Positions 1-12,959 of a stretch of DNA of 64,000 nucleotides are shown here, piece by piece (the stretch's first letter is position 1; each line of letters begins with the position of its first letter). The DNA is from Lytechinus pictus (Eukaryota). The stretch spans positions 37,450,001-37,514,000 of the forward strand of contig NC_087245.1 of assembly GCF_037042905.1 (NCBI RefSeq), in the 5' to 3' direction. The notes beneath the pieces are model-generated. The model did no database searches and was not told the DNA's origin. It worked only from the letters and a program-made list of their open reading frames with translations. The position numbers were made by a program, and so were the translations under genes.

Positions 1-650
1 AAGTGCATTGTACATGCTACTGTCCCTGGTGTAGGTTGTTGTTCCTGCAGAGTAAGCTCTTATTAATCAAAGTCTGCAACTTTTCAAGGGTTCCTACAGA
101 TACCAGGCATTTGATGCCAAAATTCAATGTGAGAAATGAAGTGTTGCAAGCAGAGCAGATAATGTTGCCTCAAGTAACACTATTTCCATGATAATATTGA
201 GAAAGAGATTCTGGAGATTAAAAGGATTAAAATATCTCAGACAATATTGACATAATCAAGTTCAGTTTGTAAGAGGTACTCCAGTAGCCATAGCTGATCT
301 CATTTGAGCAGTGACTTGGAGAGGTGCATGAGCTTCAAAGCTCACGATCTACAGGTGCCCCCTCTACCAGAGAAATGGTTCTTATTAAAGAGGTGGTGAC
401 GGCACTTGGAAATGATTGGGCAGTTGGTTGTGTGCGCATCGCTGTATAGTCATGATCGTGGTGATTGTGTGGTGCGGTTGGGAGGGGGGCGTGTCAGAGT
501 GCCATGGGGGTGATAATGGGTGATGATCTGATGGAGGGATACAAGGAATGGGGGAGATGAGACGCTTATGGAAGGATGGAGGAAGAAGGAGAAATGAATA
601 TTTGTTAAAGGGGGAAATGACTAGTCTACCACGAAATAGCTAAAGTTATC
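1..650 (-). pseudogene. decayed Gypsy-type gag-like remnant running off the left edge
   Basis: A Pro/His-rich stretch is followed, across frameshifts, by FSGRG / IVSFEAHAPLQ / LQNLFL / LEATLSALL / SHIEFWHQ. The spacing resembles the retrotransposon gag capsid pattern F.G...F..FE..A....L...FL..Y.....L..L.Q. Many stops; recognised by eye only. Confidence 0.4.
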
Positions 651-3600
651 AAAGAGAATTGAGATTGGATGTATGAAGCTCTGATTGCACAACCAATCTT
701 ATATTTTTAATATCAGCATCATGGCTCTGGCATTGGGGTGGCCTGTACTCTGTGTATTATTTCTTCAGGATCAGTCATCAGTGACTTTAAACTTTAAAGG
801 AATCTATGCTATTGCTTGGCGAGGAAAACTGAATGAAAAGATATACTTTCAAGTCAACCAATGATGATAGATATTATAACAGGAAACATGGTTGATAGGT
901 CATTTAAAGGTTAGGAGAATTGAATTACATGTTGAGAAGGGGTTGAGAAACATAGAAATGGATTATGTTTTTGTAGGAGGGTGGAAATGCCAATATTTGA
1001 AGAGGGGCCGGGTGCTGACAGGAGTTTTCGATCGTTGAGGGGTGGAAATCGATTTCAACATAACGGATGAAAGGAGTTAGAACTGAAATGAAAGACAACC
1101 AGATTATTCTCTGTGATAATTATGGGATGGAGCGCCGAGGGCATCCACATTTTTACAAATTGAGCGTATCATTTCATGTTTGGCTGACTTTCATAAAGGA
1201 AAGGTTGGATTGGATGTTGTAATGAGTTAGGTGAGAGAATTCTGTTATCTTTATCTAGTTTAATTGAATACAATTCCTGTTCTATTCCTTCAACTTCTTC
1301 TTTATTTTCATGCTAAACAGAGTATTCTGTTATTTAAAAAGGGGGAGGGGAGGGGGGAACTGGTTGCTATGACGTGTGTAGAAGCACCGAGCAATCTCTG
1401 CCCAACAAACACGTGGCAGTAATATCCTGATTCGGGTTAGAAAGCCTAGCTCCCTGGTGCTTCTCTTCCTCTCCGGGCGCAGGAACTTCTTGGACATCGT
1501 CCAACAATCCCAGGGCTACTAAAGTGAGGATCCATGAGGGGGGTGGGGGGTCAAGACAATTCAAATTCAAGATTATCTCTAATTAAAAGGATAAAGGAAG
1601 CCAGAGTGACCTCATTAAAAATCTGTCATTCGTGCATGATATTCATGAAACTGCTGGTTTTTGTGAATATACTTTCACGACTGGGGAATATGCAGAGTCA
1701 TGGTATGTTGTCAGGGGGTGGTAATCAAGCATTATTAATATTAAGTAGGTCATCACTTGAAGACATACTGGCCCGTATTCTGAAGTCGGGTTTACCTCGG
1801 GCCATGGTCGAACTCCCTTCTAAAATTGTTGGAAGTCGAAAATGTAAAAAACTTGTTTTAAAGATTGTATGTTTCTCATGTTCACTGTGCTCTTTCACCA
1901 AGCTTTAGAAAACCAATTCACTTATTATTCTCAGACAGATATGAAAAATCTGAGTTACAGATTAGCTGATAAATCGAGCAGAAAATATTTTAATTTTCTC
2001 CTGATTGTCATGTGAACCGCAGTTTATTTCCTCCTCGAACATGTTGAATATGCATTGTTTAATATTTCATGGTTCAATCAAAAGGGTCAGCATTGTCGAA
2101 TCTGTAAAAATTGAAATTTTGTATAAAAGGAGTGAAACTTTAAAATGTCATATCTTATTTTACATCTGATTTTGATGAAATTTTTAGTATAATTCTTGTT
2201 TGGTTTTTATCTATTGTATTGATTCAAATCAACTTTTTTCAGTAGTGGACTTGACTTTCAAGTTTAGCAGAGCATAGCAGTCCTGGAATTGTTTTTTTTT
2301 TTTTTTTTTTTATGTTTACTCCATGAGTTAGCTGTTTGAAGCTTTGTTTCATGTTTAAAGGTGTACATCATGCACTTAATATGCAATCACACAGTTTACA
2401 ATAATGAAGATCTACATTATACTAGGCACATGAGGGCAAGCTGCTCTAACCATGGACCCTGTAAATCCCTTAATTTTCAAAGGAAATTGGTGGTTTTATA
2501 GCGCACCCTTCACTAGAAGTTCATCGTTATGAAAGATCACGGTCTGAGGGATATACTTCAGTAATTGGTCAAAGCCACATCTTAATGACCTTGTCTTCCT
2601 GATGGCATGAGATTCTTAGGATAGATGGGATGGATGATATGACAGGCAAACCATGTCAGACATTTCATATAGAAGAAAATGTGCACAAAATAGGAGTGAG
2701 AATTAAGAAAAATAACTTGTGATGATCAAAGGTGTCAAATAAAAGGTACGTGGAAGTGCAGGGTGAATTTTCCCCTGAAATGCCCCTGAAAGTCTTTTTA
2801 AAAAAAGAGTCCTCAGAATTTCCATGTGGTCCAATGTAAATTTTAATAAATGGAACAGATTTTGGCTTGTGAACTAAAAAAGTATTTTCATCTTCTCCCT
2901 GCTAGTATGACAGAGGGGAATTCTGTATGAATAATGACATTTTAAAGCATTTAGTTCAAATATACGGTAAGTAAAAGTGCACTCAAGATACATTTAACAG
3001 GGGGTATGCACAAGGGATATCATCTAGGGCAATATGCCCCATAAAATGTCAAATAGCCCTTGTAAAAGAAATAAATGGTTGGAACAAAGTGAACATAACT
3101 GAGGGTACACATCTAACTTGATCGCTTTACTCCTCGGGAGTGTTGAGCCATATCGATCCAGATATCGTAATTCACAAAAAGAACTGTTGATTACATGTAT
3201 TTTTTTTATTAGAAATTAATCTTAAAGATCTTAAATTAGAATATTGTACATACATAAAGATATACACATATTTTAGTAGGTATAGAATGCAAATTATCCT
3301 ATTGATTTTGCCTTAAGTATCTAATTTAATTTCGTCACTAACTGCAATATTTTAAATTCAATTCCTGATTAAAAAGATTAAAGGTTAGGTCCTTTAAAAT
3401 CAAGTTGAACTTCATTGTTTTTTTTATTATGAAAGTAAGTACGTCAGTTCTGTTATGTTCTCGGGATTGATTGATGCGATGACGTTGAAATGACTTCAAT
3501 GATGCGAAATGTCACCATCTTAGATGATGATCGGATGCCACGGTGGGGTTATTGCTGGTTTATTAAGTCATTGCTGTTACGTAGATCATCATTTCCCTAA

Positions 3601-3835
3601 TGACTGCGATTCACTGTCGAGACAGACATATTGTCTGATGTGACTCACTCTACAATTGCAGTTATGAAGTAATCACCCTTTTCAAGCTCTGATTTTTACC
3701 TAAAGACATAATAGTCGTGAACTTGAAGAAGGTATACTAACAGAATATTCTATTTAAAAAAATGTTTCCACCCATATTGTGTGATGCTGCACAGAGTATG
3801 GTATGCCTGGTTACGTTGCAAACAAAACCACAGTT

Positions 3836-4412
3836 AAAGTCCACCCCAACAAAAATTGATTTTATTAAAAAGAGAAAAACCCAACAAACATAACACTGAA
3901 AATTTCATCAAAATCGGATGTAAAATAAGAAAGCTATGACATTTTAAAGTTTTGCTTAATTTCACAAAACAGTTATATGCACATCCTGGTTGGTATGCAA
4001 ATGAGGAGACTGATGACATCATCCACTCACTATTTCTTTTGTATTTTATTATATGAAATATGAAATATTCTGATTTTCTTCTCAATGTCAAATGAAACTG
4101 TGATTGATTCCTCCCTGAACATGTGATATTAGCATTGCTTAATACTATATGATTCAGTCAAGTCGGTCCTTATGGTCATATCTGTAAAAAATGAAATATT
4201 GTATAATTCAAACAATGAAAAACAAAAGAAATAGTGAGTGATGGACATCATCGACTGACTGATTTGCATGTCACTGGGTTGTGCATATCACTGTTTTGTG
4301 AAAAATAAGCGAAGCTTTAAAATGCCATAACTTTCTTATTTTACATCCGATTTTGATGAAATTTTCAGTGTTATGCTAGTTTGATTTTTCTCTATTTATT
4401 CAAAACAACATT
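3836..4412. mobile_element. Kolobok-like MITE (AGGTCAAGTCCACCCCA family)
   Basis: Long imperfect inverted arms, right end GGGGTGGACTTGACCT followed by TTAA. Same family as 20361. TTAA target with AGG..CCT termini is typical of Kolobok. Confidence 0.75.
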
Positions 4413-5909
4413 TTGCTGGGGTGGACTTGACCTTTAAGGCCACTCAAGGAAAAAAGAAAGAGTGGCCATTATAGAAAGGTACTTTATCCCATTTTGGTGG
4501 CCACTAAAGACCAGTCCAGGATAAGAGTATCATCAGCATTTCTTGCCCGACGAGTTATTAGATCTAACAACTTTCCTCAATTTTGATTGGCTGAGAAGCA
4601 CTGTTCCTATGGTAACTGATGGATAAAATATCCCACAAGTCCTTTCATGAAATGCTCCCAGTTGTCACGAGATTTGTTTGACTGCACTGAAGTAACGATT
4701 GGAAGACATCCCCCTCCGCCCCCCCCCCCCCCAACCAAGAAAAAGTGAGAAAAGAAAAGCAAAAAAGGGGAAATATATTTATTTTCTGAAGAGTATTTTG
4801 TCAAAATCTTTTACAAACCTAGATTTTGGTATTAAAAAGGTCAATTTTTTGCTTGTTCGCTTCGCTTTCTCGTAGTTTTTATAGAAATTTTGCTTCAAAT
4901 GCCGTGTCTGGCCCCCTCAATTTTTGGGGGGCTCATGCTACTATTTGACTGTACATGTTATTTGGGTAGAGAAATGAAGATTGATTTATAACTAACAGTA
5001 AAGAGATAAAAAACATAAATTCAGCTCTACACACACACACATCCATAAGCATCAACAAAGTGCACTTTCACTTTTTGTGCACTTTTGACATATATGTTTG
5101 CTGCCAGGTTTGGAGAGGTAACTCTTCATGAGCTACCTGTTTCGAGGTATAAGATTGAAGAGGTTATGGGTGTGTACCGGCATGGTATCGGCTTGGAACA
5201 AAGAAATAAAAAAGTACTATTACAGTTCTCAGAATTGATTCAACTTTGATTCCTTTCATATGTATATCATCATTGTTGTCTGTGCCAATGAAACTTCTTC
5301 ATTGAGCATTGAATAGGTCTGAAGTGATTTCAGAACACCCGATTGTTGAATCTCTTCAGATAATTGGTCGTGATTGGTCCCTGATTGCGCCCTATCAATG
5401 AATCACCCATAATCCATTGCTCTATGTGACGACAGTTTGATGATGTCATAAGTCATCTTTGTTCTCCGGTCTCATCTCATTTACGTGGTGGATTGTCCAA
5501 TTTCTGGTTTTATTTGGTCATTTTGGTGTTTTTATGAATTTCTATTTGAGATGTGAAGAAAGTGCTCACAATAACCCCGTATATTTCCATTCTTAATCGA
5601 ACAGTGAATCGGAGAACTCTGATGAATATTCCTTCCTGGGCAACCAGGTTTTGCACTCAGAGATTTGTCATGTTTCATTACTCTTTTACTTTGTTGGGTT
5701 TTTAAACTGATTTTTTGTTGCATTGAATTGTGTGTCTATTGTTATGAAATTGTCAGATATATTCAAAATTTATAGAGTTTTCATTTGAAAATGCCTTTTT
5801 ACGATAAGGATGTGCTTAGCTCAAGTGGTGCCGAGGCAATATAGTGGACCCCTTATTCCAATTATCAGGGTTCAAGACCAAGGCAATGCACCCACCCATA
5901 AACCATCAA

Positions 5910-6489
5910 AGGGATGGTCCGGGCTGAAAATATTTATGTCTTAATACATAGAGTAGAATTCACTGAGCAAAATGTCGAAAATTTCATCAAAATCGGATAA
6001 CAAATAATAAAGTTACTGAAGTTTAAAGTTTAGCAATATTTTGTGAAAATAGTCGTCATGAATATTCATTAGGTGGGCTGATGATGTCACATCCCCACTT
6101 TCCGTTTTCGTATGGTATTACATGAAATCATAATTTTTTCATTATTTCATACTTGTGTGAATAATATGTCTCCCTTATAATGAAATAAGTTGCAGCAATA
6201 AATATCTAATGCACTAAATCAGTTGTCAATCCAATTTTTCTAGTTCTTGGAGGAAAAAATTTGAATAAACCTAATTTCATATAATGAAATACAAAAGAAC
6301 AAGTGGGGATGTGACATCATCAGTCCACCTAATGAATATTCATGACGACTGTTTTCACAAAATATTGCTAAACTTTAAAATTCAATAACTGTTATTTGTT
6401 ATCCGATTTTGATGAAATCCTCGGCATTTTGCTTAGTGAATTCTACTCTATTTATTAAGCTATAAATACTTTCAGCCCGGACCATCCCT
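5910..6489. mobile_element. Kolobok-like MITE (AGGGATGGTCCGGGCTGAAA family)
   Basis: Near-perfect inverted arms of ~200 bp, flanked by TCAA and TTAA. Confidence 0.85.
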
Positions 6490-7252
6490 TTAAGCATAAA
6501 CCATATTCACTCTAGTACTAATCCTCATTACGAAATGGGCATTCCTTAGCGCTGTCCATAATGTTATGCACAACTGTTGACTTTATAATCTTGTGCTAAC
6601 AACATATCCAAAATATTTATGATTGATCATACACAATAGTCTGAGCAATCAATCATAGAAACCAGCCCCTACGATAATTGATATAAGTTATACGTTGCAA
6701 GGCCCAGGTCCCTCAGAGAGGCTGTAAAGTATCTACTTGTGTGTTAACCAGTGAAAGAAGAATTTCCTTTATGGACAATAAAGTTATCAATCCAATTTAA
6801 TTCAACTCAATTCCTGCATTGATAGCAGTCTGGTGAAACATCATTAACCGTGAGCCATATACCAGCTCTTGAACAATGCAAAACACAATCACTATTTCTT
6901 CTTCATAAAAATTATCGCAATCATATGATATCCAGGAGCCTTCAAGACCTGTATAACAAGCATCACACAGTCAAGATATGATTTCAGTAAAGCTAAATCA
7001 TTACTCCAGTGAGTAAATCTTGAAAGCCAAGAGTTCAGCATGAACATAAGGACATACAATTGTAGAATGAGAATGACTATAACTTGTATTCTTGTTTTCT
7101 TTTGTTGGCATGTGTTGGTCCTGAAAGGACCACTCCAAACTCTGAGGCCCGTATTCTGAAGTCAGGTTTAACTTAGACCACGGTCTAAATCTGTGCTAAA
7201 ATTATGTGTAGCCAAAAGTTCAAAAATTCTGTTTATATTGTATATTTTTTTA

Positions 7253-8280
7253 GAGAGAAGTTCTGGATGAGACGACTTCGCACCATCCAACCTCATGGCC
7301 TGAACATTCAAGAGGGAAACGACTGATTTATCCACTTTCCATTTGTGTACACATATAATTTTTCCCCTCAGCTCTTTTAGATTAGTTACATCATAGTTTC
7401 TGCCTCCACTTTCCTCCCATATCTCCTACTAGCTCAGCTCCAATTTTCCTTCCCTTATTCAGACGATATTATAATTATTATTTTTATATATTTTTTTCTC
7501 TCTCCACTCACTTACCTCTTATTTATTTTGCTTATTTTCATGTTTACTATGTTTTTTTTTTCTTAATACACCCCCTCTCTCATACAGCATCAGCTTCTTT
7601 ATTTGCTTTTACCCTTTTAAGCAATTTGCTTCCCTTCCATTTTTTTATATATAGTCTTCTGTTTTTTGTTGTTTTTTTTCCCTCACACCCAGCGGGTTAC
7701 TATATCAGTTACACCCTTTGTATATATATATATATATATTTCTTTTCATATACATTCCTTTTTGGATATATTTACATACTTTTACTCTTACAGGTTTATT
7801 TTTACACTCACTTACTTCTCTTAGTTTGTTTATTACTCCATCATACATACTTATGTATTTTGCACCATATCAGTTTTCCCCACTCTTATGCACCAGTTTA
7901 TTATGCCTTTCTTTGTTACCCGTTTGACCCACCTCTCACTAATTCTCTTGTTATTCATCTCTTCCTCATACCCTCTATCACTGTTTTGTTCCAGATCCTG
8001 TTTGATGTTGCCTGCCTCACATCTTAATCCCTCCTGGCTTGAGGTCTTTCTTTGGCCTTACACCCACTTCTCTTTGTGTCTGCCCACTCCTTTTCTTTCA
8101 TCCCCTTCATTAACCTGATTGGTCATCTCTTCTCACTAATGCCCCTTTTGTCTCCTTGTTTCTAGTGTTGCTGTTGAATGTCTGTGGTCTATATTATGGT
8201 TGTTCCACTTTATATGTTTGTCATTTTGCCTCCGACGAAGATTCTGCTAGGATCGAAAGCTTAGGCCCCTTTTGACTCTC
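7253..8280 (+). mobile_element. 5'-truncated Penelope-like retroelement (GIY-YIG C-terminus plus 3' region)
   Basis: Begins REKFWMRRLRTIQPHGLNIQEGND*, the RE..W...L.T..P.GLN end of PLE GIY-YIG endonucleases. Ends in a hammerhead motif. Flanked by the direct repeat TATATTTTTTTA (7241-7252 and 8281-8292). Confidence 0.88.
8228..8266 (+). ncRNA. minimal type-I hammerhead ribozyme-like motif of the Penelope-like element
   Basis: GCCU-CCGACGA-A-GAUUCU(GCU)AGGAUC-GAAA-GCUU-AGGC. Stem I GCCU/AGGC, 6-bp stem II, GAAA core, palindromic AAGCUU stem III. The core is CCGA instead of CUGA. Confidence 0.7.
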
Positions 8281-11200
8281 TATATTTTTTTATGTTAACT
8301 ATTTTGTTTCCTTTTGCTTTCACAATGAAGAAAAATACTTCAGTTATCATTCCCAGACAATTATGAACAATTTGGGTGTCATATGAGTTAATAAACTAAA
8401 TGTGTAGGCCTACTGTTAGGGATTTGTGCTCCAATTGGCTCTCCATAGTTAAACCACAACTTTAAACCCGAGTTCAGAATACGGGCCTGAGCATATATAT
8501 TTTTTATGATATGACAGTTGCTTACACTCTATATAACTCTTGATTAGAAGCATTTATTAATCATAAACAATATTGTTTGCAATATGTATAATTCCTCTTA
8601 TAATCATACTTGAATAGTATCAAGTACAAAAAAACACGTGTTCTGCTGGGCGGGGGAAAATAGAGGTTGATTTGATTATGATTTTACAAGTGAATGCATA
8701 AACGCACAAGAAAACAATTATAGAAATAAACATAACTTTTTTCATTTTTGGGTAAAAAAACACATCTAATCCTGGAAAAAATTACCATACAGACTTCCAA
8801 AAGACTACACAAATCCCATGAAATAATAGATAAATGAGTCTTACCTTCTCTCGAACCTTTCCCTTATTTTTAGAAAGGCCATTTTGGCTGGTTCACCGGC
8901 ACAGCTGTGTATCCTGTTTGGTGTATCAACTGTCATCTAGTAAATCCTTGGCCTCATACAAGAACCCACATAGAAGTCTATCAGGGTCATTGCTCAGTCC
9001 TACTCACTCCTCTCTTATGTAATCAAGTCAATGTTTTGATAGTAATAGAAACACACTTGAGGCTCACATGTAGTTGACCTATCTAATCCTTTGGTTTGCT
9101 AGTATTCCACAAATACTAATCCATTATCGGCTGTTTGGATTAAGAACACAACCAATCAAGTCTTTGATGATTAGAGTCTCATGCTGCAATCGCTTAAAGC
9201 CAACCTTTAACTTTTCACAGAGCAATGATATGCATTCAGTATTTGTTTCGACGTCCAACCACACATTTGGAAAGTATCCGAGTCAAATAAATATCTGATT
9301 TGACTTGTTCGGTATAAGTATTCTTGCTGGCTTCTCCAAGAATCAAGTTTTCTATCACTTCTCAGGTATCAAACTTTTCAGTTCCAAGTTTACAAGCAAG
9401 GATATGGATCATGCGCTCTTTGCCGGCCAACTGGCACTCGAAAGGTGTTCTAAAACATCAAACCAAAATTAAAAGTTGAAACGTTAGAAGTTGCCTGAGC
9501 TTTACAGATTAATTTTTTTTTATCAAAGATTAAATTTCACCTTCAATTTGAAAGAATGTTTTGTACATTTCAAGGAACAATTCAAACTTGGATGATAATT
9601 GACCTTCCAACGATGAAACCAAATGGATAATGTGTCCTCAAAAACTTTCTAGCTTTTTATTGTCATTTTAGCTGATACAATAAATACCTTATTTTGTTCC
9701 TCACCATTTAAACTTGAGCTAGAACAACTGTGCAGTCTTATGTCTAATGCAACATTACTCATACCGATGAAGATTTATTTTAAAAAGTCTTAATCATCCT
9801 CGCTGTTTTGAAGCTGGTGACCAAGACTTCCAAAAGAGCTTTGTTTGGGTATCGTCACCTCATGGTTACTATCGCTTTTGTCAAAGACATTCTGCAACCA
9901 ATTACAACATTAGTTGTGCTCCACCAGTGTAGCGGGTGTAGATAATTGCTACCATGACAAGTTCACTTATCAACAAGACATGACTGATTATTTTGACTCA
10001 TTAAAACCCAGAGCCTCCGCAGAACATTTTCTTTGAGCACAGATTTGTGGGATTAGGTGATGTGTCATGCGCAGGGAATGTACTCCAACAGGTGGGAAGA
10101 GACAGAAACCATATGTTATTGTCTACAAGTCATCAATTATGAATTATACTTTCATTCCTCATTCTTGATAATTAATCTTGTAATACATATATAGTTCTGG
10201 AAATATCAAACAGATCCTTGACTCATTTTTCTCTTGGATTATCATGTTCATAAAATATTCTCTGACAAACTAACGTATGAAATATACTATTTTTGCCATG
10301 GCATAGCAATGCAAACATCCTTTATTATCTACAAAGCTAGAATATTTCATCAAAGCAAAGGTATTTATCCTTTTTCTAAAAATTGTTCGACCATGATATG
10401 TTTTTATTTACATTGTATTCAAAAGTAGCAAATTAAACAAATCTGGATGTAACAAATTCTATAGTATTCCTGCTGATATACATGTATTTTTGTGTATTTA
10501 CTTCGTTAGTTGCTACATGCAAGAGTACTCCTGGTTAACTCTCTCTTGATATTACATGTACAATCTAAAATTTATTGAATTGAAAATAAAATAATCCAGA
10601 TTGGCTGTTGACAGTGACTATTAAATAATCACTAGATTGAGATTCAAACCTTGAAGACTTGAATTTCAATTATAAATTTTGGATTTAAGATAAATATCTG
10701 TGATTAAAAAAGAGTTCATACAAGCGTAGTTGACTGGTGAGTAACCAAGTTTTCATTCCATTAAATTTACTGCAATGGCAAAGTTATCCTGTTGCTGAAA
10801 TTCCCAACGTTCAGAATCATCTCATACAGTCTGAATTATTGTGAATTTCCTATTTGAAACTGACAGATGGTACTTCTACATCAAATAAAAGGAGTAGACA
10901 AAATTCGTCCTAGGCCTTTTTGCATGTAATACAAATTTTGATTTCACAATAAAAAATCAAAATCTACCAGATATCCATGAATATGAGACTGATGAAATCA
11001 GAAATTTGTTCCTCAGTGATGTTTAAGAGCCATAGTTTATCTCCAAATGTTCACGACAAGTGACATCTCCTCAAAAAGTCATCATCCAAAGTGTCTTTTT
11101 CCAAAAGCGTAATTTCCAGGTAATCCGTCCGCTTTCAAACTTCAAGCGTTGCTCATTCAAGTTGTTCTCACAGATATGTACCTTGGTATAACACCATTAA

Positions 11201-12959
11201 ACTGGTCCTACGACAGGAATGTCTTAACCTTGATGTTACCAAAATACGGTCGAGGGGGGTCTCATCGCGTAATCTGAAAGTTCCGAGGTTGGTAATCCCG
11301 AGATCCGATGGATTAATCTCCCATCAAGAATGTTTTGATCCTTGGATTCCAGGCATGATTCAGTGATTATCACTCATAAATTCATTTCTCCAGCTCTTCC
11401 CCCCTCCTCTTACCAAGCAATCCAGAAACCAGTTTTGATATCTATGACTCACAACTTCCCCAAATTGCTTGAGAAATTGACAACCGAATTATGCCAAGTG
11501 CATATTCCGAGGAACCCCATGATGTGAATTTTAAACATTCTAAATTGGGTTCGGTATTCCCTCCCCAGGTCATAGCTGGGAGGCTTTAAATTATGAAGTC
11601 ATAATCATAAATCGTTGGCCATTCTTAGGTTTGTGCTGGAGAAGTTACTCATGCATACCAATTAAATAGGCTTGTGCTAAATATCCCGTGGAGTGTTTAC
11701 AAGCAGAGTTGAACTTCATACCTCAACAACGTGCCGGCCGATCTGTGTGTATGCCATGCATTTGTGTGTAGAAGATGACAATTCCAATTACATGTGTTGC
11801 TTCTGATATGGCATGTGGGAGAATTTAACAGGTGGTAGCGAGTTTGATGTCGGATCCATGCTTTAAAAGTATGTTGTGTACTCTTTCATGCCTTGGCAGA
11901 TACTGATGAATAAAGTTTTAGAGTATGTCCCTTTTCGTGACACCCTTTCGATTTCATGATACTAATTGAAGAGGATGAATGATAATTATCCAAACTCATA
12001 GGCCCCTTGCACTGTCTCCATAGATAAGATTAAAGATTATTGAGTTAGAGTTCTCCTTCCAACAGTAGGCCTATCATCCGAGCTGTCAATCTGATTATAT
12101 TTCCAAAGTAAAGATCTTGTAGAAAGTTATTCATTTTGAGGGGTTTTCATTAAAAAAATTATGTAATATATGTATTCTACAACCAGGCATCGCATGGTAA
12201 ATGAGCTCTCAGAAAGTTAAATTTCACCAAAGCCAATGCTCCTCCTCAAAGGATCACGTTTCAGCGTTGAAGTTGCTGATCGTAGAAAAATCCTGAATGT
12301 CATTTCTAGGAGTCAAGCTGATGTCAATCTTGAGGTTGTTCTGCCACAGATGAAAAATAGCAAGGTTGAGCTTTATCTAGGAAATACGTGAGGAAGAAAT
12401 CGCCCATAGATTTCCCATGTCTGTGATGAACGTGTACACACGTATATATCATTATTGAAATTCGTACAAATATATAAAAAAGTAATATTGAAAGAATGCC
12501 TCTTTCTTTTACAATGCTCTAAAAAATTGTGAGTAGTTTTATTTTCACTCCCTTTGGTTGTTTATTAATTTTTTCTTTGTAGTGTTGATGTATATTTGCT
12601 AGCTTGATAAATAAGAATATCATAATCAGGAACAAAATTGTTTACTCTCCATAAAATTGGCAAATTTTATATCATTTGTATGGATTATTTCTCAATCACC
12701 CCCAGTTGGCATCCAATAATAAATGTAAATCTAATATAGTTGCACTTTACATGTATCTGGCATTTTAAGGGTTAAACCTTTATACAAGTATTCTCACTAC
12801 CTCTTCTGCAGTGGTAATGAAATTTGGTCCTCTATCCTCTTTCAAATTGACGAAGTAGTATAGAGCTCCTCGAGTTGCCAAGGAAAACAAAACTATTCCA
12901 TGGTAAATATGTCCAAATTTGTTTGAATTTCAGTTTCAACAAGTGCCTCAAAATTTGAT

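Larger units (their letters stand above)
7146..8487. mobile_element. PIF/Harbinger-like MITE (GGCCCGTATTCTGAA family) interrupted by the Penelope-like insertion
   Basis: TIRs GGCCCGTATTCTGAA / TTCAGAATACGGGCC with 3-bp TSD TGA. The two halves match the intact copy at 28730. Confidence 0.85.

Noticed and set aside
2927..2966. ATG...G|GTAAGT (MNNDILKHLVQIY-G), phase-compatible candidate for sarcoglycan exon 1
   Set aside because: Poor signal-peptide character, it lies inside the decayed repeat-like block, and such matches arise by chance in 18 kb. Exon 1 is left unassigned.
7626..8118. Three overlapping hydrophobic ORFs
   Set aside because: By-products of the T/C-rich non-coding region of the Penelope-like element.
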